Source: Schizochytrium sp. TIO01 (taxonomy: Eukaryota > Protista > Bigyra: Labyrinthulomycetes). From it: a DNA stretch of 64,000 nt. The notes beneath the pieces were generated by a model. The model worked only from the letters and a program-made list of their open reading frames with translations. It made no database searches and was not told the DNA's origin. Positions within the stretch are counted from its first letter, which is position 1, and each line of letters opens with the position of its first letter. This document shows, in pieces, positions 57,638 to 64,000 of this stretch. The DNA is taken from positions 992,001 through 1,056,000 of the forward strand of contig SMSO01000035.1 of the NCBI GenBank assembly GCA_004764695.1, read 5' to 3'. The position numbers and the translations under genes are program-made.

Positions 57638-59404
57638 AGAGCTGCAGGATCCTGTGAGTAGTTAAATCTTTTGTATGCGCACGCAAATGCCTGCTTGATG
57701 TATTTGAATATGTAGGGTGGCTCGTGAATTCCTTCAAGATATCAGACTTTAGAGATATTTTTCATCTCGGTGCACCTTCCTACCATTGCTTCTAGACAAC
57801 TGATAGCTCTTCAGTTGGATCTGCGCGGCACGGCGTGACCTCGACCTAGTAGTAGTAGGCACCTACCTAATGCTGCCATTTACAATAGAAATAGAACCAT
57901 ACAAAGTGAATTGATGCTTCGTGCTCAATCTGAGATTAGAACAATGATTGAGTTAGCTGCATTTCTAAGTGTTTATAAAATTAGTCTTTCAAAACAAGCT
58001 ATGATTCTTGTCTACTTCAAGTTAGAAACAGCAATTTTGCGTGATCTCCTTCTGAAATCATATTTATAAAACCTGCCTTACCTACTGTAGCTGACTCACA
58101 ACTGGTTCATGCGTTTCCGTTGCTTTAGTTCTTCTCTTTCTAAGCTTATGTTCACCAACCGGCTAGTGCCAAGGAACTTTTCAGCGAACTCTCCACAGCC
58201 GCGAGCCGAAGAGAGGTGTCACCCTACATAATTGAGCCCACCTCTCTAACAATTTGGAACGCACATGACCAAAAGAACTAGCCAGAACTTAGTACTTACG
58301 TACTGCTCGTGTGCAAACTGTCATTATTTCGAGTCGCGAGTTAATATCCATATTGTTTAAGCTCTCTCACCTTTTGCGATTGGAATCGCTTCAGGCTGCA
58401 GCGCTCAATTGCTCCTGTCGCAACTTCCTTCTCGCTTACCTTCAAGCTGAGCTTAGTCTGCTGTAGTAGGTAAAATGCTCTTCAGACCAGGTAATCACTT
58501 GAAGACGAAGCACCTATAGTAAAAGCGAGCCAAATGCGACGAATTATAGCGTCACCCACACTCTCGTTTCTTCGAACCCAATTTCGTCACGACATGCTTG
58601 AAGCTCGATGCTCATGCAAGTCCCGCAGACAGGCAATAAATGCGATCTTTTCGAAGATTATGCCTTGAATCGACTAAAATAGTTAAAATGAAGAAAATTT
58701 GTCTAGACTAGTCGATTTAGTATTGAAAACGCCCATCTCAAGAACCCAGGGCTGATAAGCATTCCTAGCCAAAAAAGTAGGGTTCGTGGTGTGCACTTCC
58801 AAAACAATCTTCCGGCTCAGCTGCCCAAAATCAAGGTCCAAGCAGCTAAGGAAGAGGTCAACCACTCAAGGCTTGCTGCTTAGCTGGAGAAGGCAAAGTA
58901 CGCTGTCGCGCAGGATGCCATCTACAACAGACTCGCCCTTGGGCCATTAGTCACGAGCAGACTTCCTCTTCAGAGACTGTAGGGTCCAACCCTTGTTGGC
59001 ACGTGTTTTTGCACGTGTTTCTGGGTCATCTTGGCAGCGCTTTTGGCTGGGCGTTGGCAAATAGGCTTGCATACCAACACTTTCAGCTGCAGACGCTATA
59101 TAGAGTAATCGGTGTCAAGTGCCTCCGGTTGGCTTCTAAGCAGTTGGTGTCGATTGTCCCCAGAATTTACCAGAAAGGCAGTGCAGAAGTGCGCCTTTTT
59201 AGAGGCGATCGAGCCACCCTACATAGCAGAGCACCTGCTCGCTGCACAAGAGCAACTGCGACACCAACAAACCCGGAACTAGAGTGACCGATCCAAGTGC
59301 TTTGATCAACGAAGGCAGGCCACCCTGCAGGAGTCGAGGAGAGAGCCAAGGTAGTCTGGGAATCTGATAAACCGACGCTCAAAGACTATTTGTACACGAA
59401 AGGA

Positions 59405-60412
59405 ATGACGTCCATGGAACTCTGGCTGGCAGTTCGCCAAGGTAAGACGGATGCGGTGAAGGAGCTCGCAGAAAACCCTGTTTTGCGTGAAGCTAGCACA
59501 GATGGCGGGTATAGAGCAATCCATTTGGCTGTACTTACCGAACATGTAGATGTGCTGCAAGCTTTGCTCGATGATGGCGTTTTAGTGGATACAAAGAGGG
59601 AGGACGGCTGGACTGCGCTACATCACTGTGCAGCCTTTGGAAAGGTGAAGATGGCATCCATGCTTATTGAGGCAGGTGCTCAAGTCGATTTACAGGACGA
59701 AGAAGGCTGGACGCCTCTACTTGAAGCTTGCAGCCCGGATGCGCCAGAAGAAAGCTCTGTAGACATGGTCAAGCTTCTCATCGACCATGGCGCAGATGTG
59801 AATCTTGATAAAGTAGACGGGGCCACCGCGCTTCACCTTGCTGCAGCGTCGGGTAACTTTGCTGTTGCGCAAGTTCTGACTCAAGCTGGTGCACTAGTTG
59901 ATGCCAATTACGGCGTCAGCGGGCAGACGCCACTGTTTGTGGCTGCCTCCCGGGGTCATGCAAACATTGTGGAACTTCTGCTGGAACAAGAAGCAGATGC
60001 CCATCGCAAGACCCCTCATGGCCGTGATCCACTTATGATCGCTATTGAAAATGAGCACCTCAATGTCATCAAAACTTTGATTGCTCATGGCGTTGTGCCG
60101 AAGCGTACTCACTATATGGCCTCAACGAATGTTTCTGACGAAGAGGTCAAAGCCTTTGTTCTCTTCGTAGTGCAGTCCGAGCTCGCGGATCGTCTTCGTG
60201 CCTGTGCTCTGGAAAAATACATTCCTCTATTTTATGATCATAACATTACCAGCCTTGATTCTGGCCGTAAATGTGATGAGGACGATCTCGAGACCTTTGG
60301 AATATCCCTTTCTAATGATCGAGCTATGATCATTGAGTCTCTATCAAATAAACGTAGCTCACTTGCACGCCTGTCCCGTCGCCTTAGTCGAGGAATGCGC
60401 CTTCTCCAATAA
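59405..60412 (+). CDS. Ankyrin-repeat protein with C-terminal SAM-like domain (335 aa from ATG)
   Basis: About 6-7 ankyrin repeats (GWTALHHCA, GWTPLLEAC, GATALHLAA, GQTPLFVAA, GRDPLMIAI) followed by LRACALEKYIPLFYDHNITSL...DDLETFGI (SAM signature). Confidence 0.92.
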   Translation: MTSMELWLAVRQGKTDAVKELAENPVLREASTDGGYRAIHLAVLTEHVDVLQALLDDGVLVDTKREDGWTALHHCAAFGKVKMASMLIEAGAQVDLQDEEGWTPLLEACSPDAPEESSVDMVKLLIDHGADVNLDKVDGATALHLAAASGNFAVAQVLTQAGALVDANYGVSGQTPLFVAASRGHANIVELLLEQEADAHRKTPHGRDPLMIAIENEHLNVIKTLIAHGVVPKRTHYMASTNVSDEEVKAFVLFVVQSELADRLRACALEKYIPLFYDHNITSLDSGRKCDEDDLETFGISLSNDRAMIIESLSNKRSSLARLSRRLSRGMRLLQ

Positions 60413-60659
60413 TGGTTGAGCCATTATATATAATGGGACAATGTGTAATATTTTAACAGGGACATTTTGACTGTCTCCCTCAAAATGCCCTTCATGATAC
60501 GCTCTACCCGCGTATGTATAGACATAGAATTCTGGCACTCTTTTGATTACAGTCCAAATCGTCATTTGCTGCGTTAGGAAGCACCATATAAATTCTTTTG
60601 AATCCCATGCCGTCCTTCAAATCAAGCGAAGCAATTGTCATTCTTAATTAAAGAGAAAC

Positions 60660-60692
<33 letters not shown>
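60660..60692. repeat. (AGT)11 microsatellite between convergent ANK-SAM and DRC11 genes
   Basis: Direct read. Confidence 0.95.
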
Positions 60693-60862
60693 CTGGGATA
60701 CAGACGGATTTTTTGTAAGGCTAAGTGAATGTAAGCCCATGGTCATATTTGTCTCTGTAGAATTATTTTTTTAAAAGTCTGAATATATGTAGTAGTATGC
60801 AAGAGTATAAGCAGTTGGTGATATATCGTTTTTGGGAAAAAATCCGTACAAACTTAGGATAA

Positions 60863-63526
60863 TTACTTCTTCTTTTTCTTTGCGTCCTTTTTACCGTCGC
60901 CTGCGCCATCACCAGCGAGGATAGCTTTGATGGCCTCACGTCTTTGCTGCAAGCCAGTAATAGCTGCAGTGAATGTCTGGAAGCGAGCATTGCTCTCCTG
61001 ATACGTTAGGGGAAGCATAGACAGTGCTCCGATGAAATCCTGCTCTGTGAGAGGGCGAGTTTTGAGTGTTGCACATCGTCTCTGGGTTAAAGTCCGCTTG
61101 ATGGCAGTTCGGATTGATCCTGGAGAATACCCCTCTGAAACTAAGGAAAGTACAGACAGATCAATCGTATCAGGGATATCACTTTCTAGCTTGTCAAAAG
61201 CATCCTCCAGAAATTTGCGCCAAAGAATGACTCTTGAGGCATACTCTGGGAAAGGAAAGTAAACATGAATTTGGAAAACTGTACGAATGTCCTTGTGCTC
61301 TGTTTCAGGCATGTTGTAAGGTTCGTTACTGCAGCCAAGTAAAATCACACGCTCCTCGGGCTTGAGCGAATTTGAATATGTCACCAAGTCTTTCTTGAAT
61401 TTGGCAGCATCGCCTGCGCCACCTTTCTTTTTACCGACAAAAATTCGCTCAATCTCGTCAATATAAATTACTCCAGGAGCAAATTCAGGATGTCTAGCTA
61501 CTGCAAATGCCATATGGATCAGACGAGTAGGCCCGCTCTTACCTTCTCGGTATTCTTTGGGAAGGTTCTCTAAAATAGAAGGAGAAAGGTTAATCAGGAC
61601 GGCATTAGTTTGACTTGCAATTGCCTGAACTGCTGTAGTCTTACCGCTACCCGGAGGTCCATACAACAGTGCAGACTTTGCATAAGGTGCTGTCACACGC
61701 AAGAAAGAACAGCCAAGGGGTAAAACTAGTTGCTCCGTGAGCAACGAGCGAATTTGTGACATAGAAGGATCCTGCGGTACCCAATTTCCCCAAGCATCTT
61801 TGACCTCGCTTTGAGACTGGTAGGTGGATCCTAAATAGTTAAATTCACCAACGAGATCGTCTAACTTTTGAGTCGGCACCTTGCACAGAACACCATTCTC
61901 AATCAAAATACCAAGCATTTCCTCGAATTCCATACCTGAACAAAGCTTCTCACCTGGTAAGGGCTTGCTTTTCTTACCCTTCTTGTCCTTTTTGCCCTTT
62001 TTGCCCTTTTTGCCTTTATCCTTCTTCTTTTTACCCTTTTTGCCGCCCGAAGCTGCCTCAAGCTGGGCCTTGAGGTTCTGCAACTGCACCACTAGCATTT
62101 TGTCGACGTTCTCGCGAACCTCTTCTTCCACATTTGGACGGACTACGTTTTTGGCTAGTTCAACATCATGCTTTTGTTGAAAATTGCCAGATTCGTCACG
62201 GTCTAGCCAGACTCCACTATAGCGATTCAGACAGTCTTGCAATGTTGCAGTAAACTGTGTAGGACCAGTTAGAGGTGGGATCTTTTCAACTTCGACCTCT
62301 TCTGCATCACCACCCTTCTTTTTTGCCTTGTCATCCTTACCGCCCTTACCACCTTTTTTATTCTTTGCAGCCTCTGCCTCAGCAGCCGCAGCCGCTTCTT
62401 CATCCTCTTGAGGAGGATTCTTGGCCAAGTAGAATCCACCAAGGTCTTCAGGGAAAACACCTTTGCCAAGTTCCTCTGTAAACCAAGCACGACGTTCATC
62501 CATCATGCGTTCTCGCATGTCTGGACCCTCTTCCTCAAGAACGCGGCCATGAAGATCAATGAGGGCTTGAGAGTATCCATCCTCGTTTTCTTTTTGTTCC
62601 AGCTTTCGTCGAGCACGTGCTTGCTCGAGCTCGTCATATTGTTTAGACTCTTGGCGTTTTGCCTCAGCATCATCCCACAGCTTCGGCCTGCACATGCCAA
62701 TAAATGCGAGTTCTCGCTCGCGCTCAGAATTGGCTGCCCGACGGGACCGTGATCCACGGTAAAGCCTTTGAATATTCGCTGCTGCTGTGTCGACGTCCAT
62801 CTCGGGTGCAGCGCCAATTGCAGCCTGCGTGGCTGCTTTAAAAGCTGGGGTCTTGTTCGTGTCTTCTTCTAAAGACAACCTCGAGACGAGTTGTGCGTGA
62901 ACGATGCCTTGGCGAGCACGCTCCATACGTTGAATCATAGCAATCGCTTCAGAAAGCTCAAAGTCTAGAAGGGGTGGTGCCACTTTCTCTTCGCGATCCA
63001 TCTCGAGCCCCAACTCGGCCTCCTCACCGAGTTTCATTGTCTTGATTGCGTTTATAAGTTTGTCTCTGGCAGCCTGCTTATCGGCGATTTCCTCTGTAAA
63101 GTATCGTGGAATAGGCACCTCAAGCACCTTCGGGGAAAGTTTGAGATCAACTAATACATCGTCAAGATTAACATAGGGCCAAGGCATCGGGCCGTCGCAA
63201 CCGGCTGTCACCAGCGTCGGGTGTGGAGGATTCCACTTAATCAACAACGCCTTGAGCTCCACAATACGTGACATGACAAGTTCAACAATCAACTTAATGT
63301 CAATACGCTTTTGGGGATGAACAATTCCATCAAAGCATGCTTCGAGTGTGCGGAAAATCTCAAGGTATTTGACATATAGCGATGCCCAATGATGGTTCGC
63401 CTCGTCTAGGTTCGGTTGGGCTACCGGGTCTTTGGCGCCAGATAACGTATGGTCTTCGAGAAAAAGCTGCTCCTTCAGCTCAGCCATTGCGTCACGCCAT
63501 CTTGCATCGTATGTGTTGTGCGCCAT
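60863..63526 (-). CDS. DRC11: IQ and AAA domain-containing protein (dynein regulatory complex subunit 11, IQCA1-like), 887 aa
   Basis: MAHNTY..W start, VHPQKR, LEVPIPRYF, IQ motif IQRLYRG, EL-x-FIGM, Lys-rich linker, Walker A GPPGSGKT, Walker B IYIDEIE. Confidence 0.93.
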   Translation of the reverse strand: MAHNTYDARWRDAMAELKEQLFLEDHTLSGAKDPVAQPNLDEANHHWASLYVKYLEIFRTLEACFDGIVHPQKRIDIKLIVELVMSRIVELKALLIKWNPPHPTLVTAGCDGPMPWPYVNLDDVLVDLKLSPKVLEVPIPRYFTEEIADKQAARDKLINAIKTMKLGEEAELGLEMDREEKVAPPLLDFELSEAIAMIQRMERARQGIVHAQLVSRLSLEEDTNKTPAFKAATQAAIGAAPEMDVDTAAANIQRLYRGSRSRRAANSERERELAFIGMCRPKLWDDAEAKRQESKQYDELEQARARRKLEQKENEDGYSQALIDLHGRVLEEEGPDMRERMMDERRAWFTEELGKGVFPEDLGGFYLAKNPPQEDEEAAAAAEAEAAKNKKGGKGGKDDKAKKKGGDAEEVEVEKIPPLTGPTQFTATLQDCLNRYSGVWLDRDESGNFQQKHDVELAKNVVRPNVEEEVRENVDKMLVVQLQNLKAQLEAASGGKKGKKKKDKGKKGKKGKKDKKGKKSKPLPGEKLCSGMEFEEMLGILIENGVLCKVPTQKLDDLVGEFNYLGSTYQSQSEVKDAWGNWVPQDPSMSQIRSLLTEQLVLPLGCSFLRVTAPYAKSALLYGPPGSGKTTAVQAIASQTNAVLINLSPSILENLPKEYREGKSGPTRLIHMAFAVARHPEFAPGVIYIDEIERIFVGKKKGGAGDAAKFKKDLVTYSNSLKPEERVILLGCSNEPYNMPETEHKDIRTVFQIHVYFPFPEYASRVILWRKFLEDAFDKLESDIPDTIDLSVLSLVSEGYSPGSIRTAIKRTLTQRRCATLKTRPLTEQDFIGALSMLPLTYQESNARFQTFTAAITGLQQRREAIKAILAGDGAGDGKKDAKKKKK

Positions 63527-64000
63527 ACTGCTAGAGTTGCTACCTCTCTGTTCACGGAAAAGGTTTTGAACGCGTCTTCGCCTTGTTTAGTTAGCCTCTT
63601 GTCAACCCTGGCAAGACGACAAGCGTCTTCGTGGAGGGTTTTCCCAATTTAATTACTTTGCCTCTATGCGCAGTTGAGTGTTAACCTCGCCCGAGCTATT
63701 TGCGGTGTTTCTACTTAGGAACAGCTGCGCTCTAAGCGGCTCTCGTTGTGGTTGCTTTTATAACGCAAGTTACTTATTCTTTGAATACCTTTTCTACTGT
63801 CACAACACTAAGCTCTCCGTTGTCCTTAGTGTTGTATTTAGCTTTGCTTACTAATTAAACTCCTTGCGACAGTGCGCACTTGCTTAAGTTCTTCTTTTGG
63901 AGCTCGAATCTGCCTGCGTTTCATTAAAAAAAAGTCGCTCCTTTACTCAATTTATCAGATATTCTAACGTCAGTTTCTTCAGGAGCAACAATTTTACCAC

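Noticed and set aside
63751-63764. X-box-like GTTGCTTTTATAAC upstream of ciliary DRC11
   Set aside because: Imperfect match, and RFX factors are not established in stramenopiles.
1-64000. tRNA, rRNA, CRISPR arrays, intact transposons
   Set aside because: GGTTCRA-like hits lack cloverleaf context; no repeat-spacer arrays (the 84-bp repeat is in-frame coding); no transposase or RT ORF.

Overview
Eukaryotic, nearly intron-free genomic DNA. The gene set (Prp6, ATM, TMEM184, flagellar DRC11/IQCA1), single-exon genes up to 9.5 kb, moderate GC and microsatellite-rich spacers suggest a flagellated stramenopile protist, most plausibly a thraustochytrid (Aurantiochytrium/Schizochytrium-like). This taxonomy is an inference. 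The first ~19 kb has no credible CDS and alternates GC-rich and AT-rich patches with many simple repeats. It leads into the main find (19163-21622), a strongly codon-biased gene fusing an intact aldo-keto reductase to a sugar-phosphate cyclase. The cyclase motifs match bacterial 2-deoxy-scyllo-inosose synthase (BtrC/DOIS) better than 3-dehydroquinate synthase. The fusion is a candidate one-polypeptide pathway from hexose-6-phosphate to a deoxy-inositol (quercitol), a compound class reported as a thraustochytrid osmolyte. Downstream genes are: an internally duplicated multi-pass membrane protein, a GNAT, Prp6, TMEM184/OST-alpha, an orphan with 3x84-bp repeats and two TM helices, ATM, pyroglutamyl peptidase I, a cNMP-domain AGC kinase broken by a +1 frameshift, an ankyrin+SAM protein and DRC11. 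I found no tRNA, rRNA, CRISPR array or intact mobile element.
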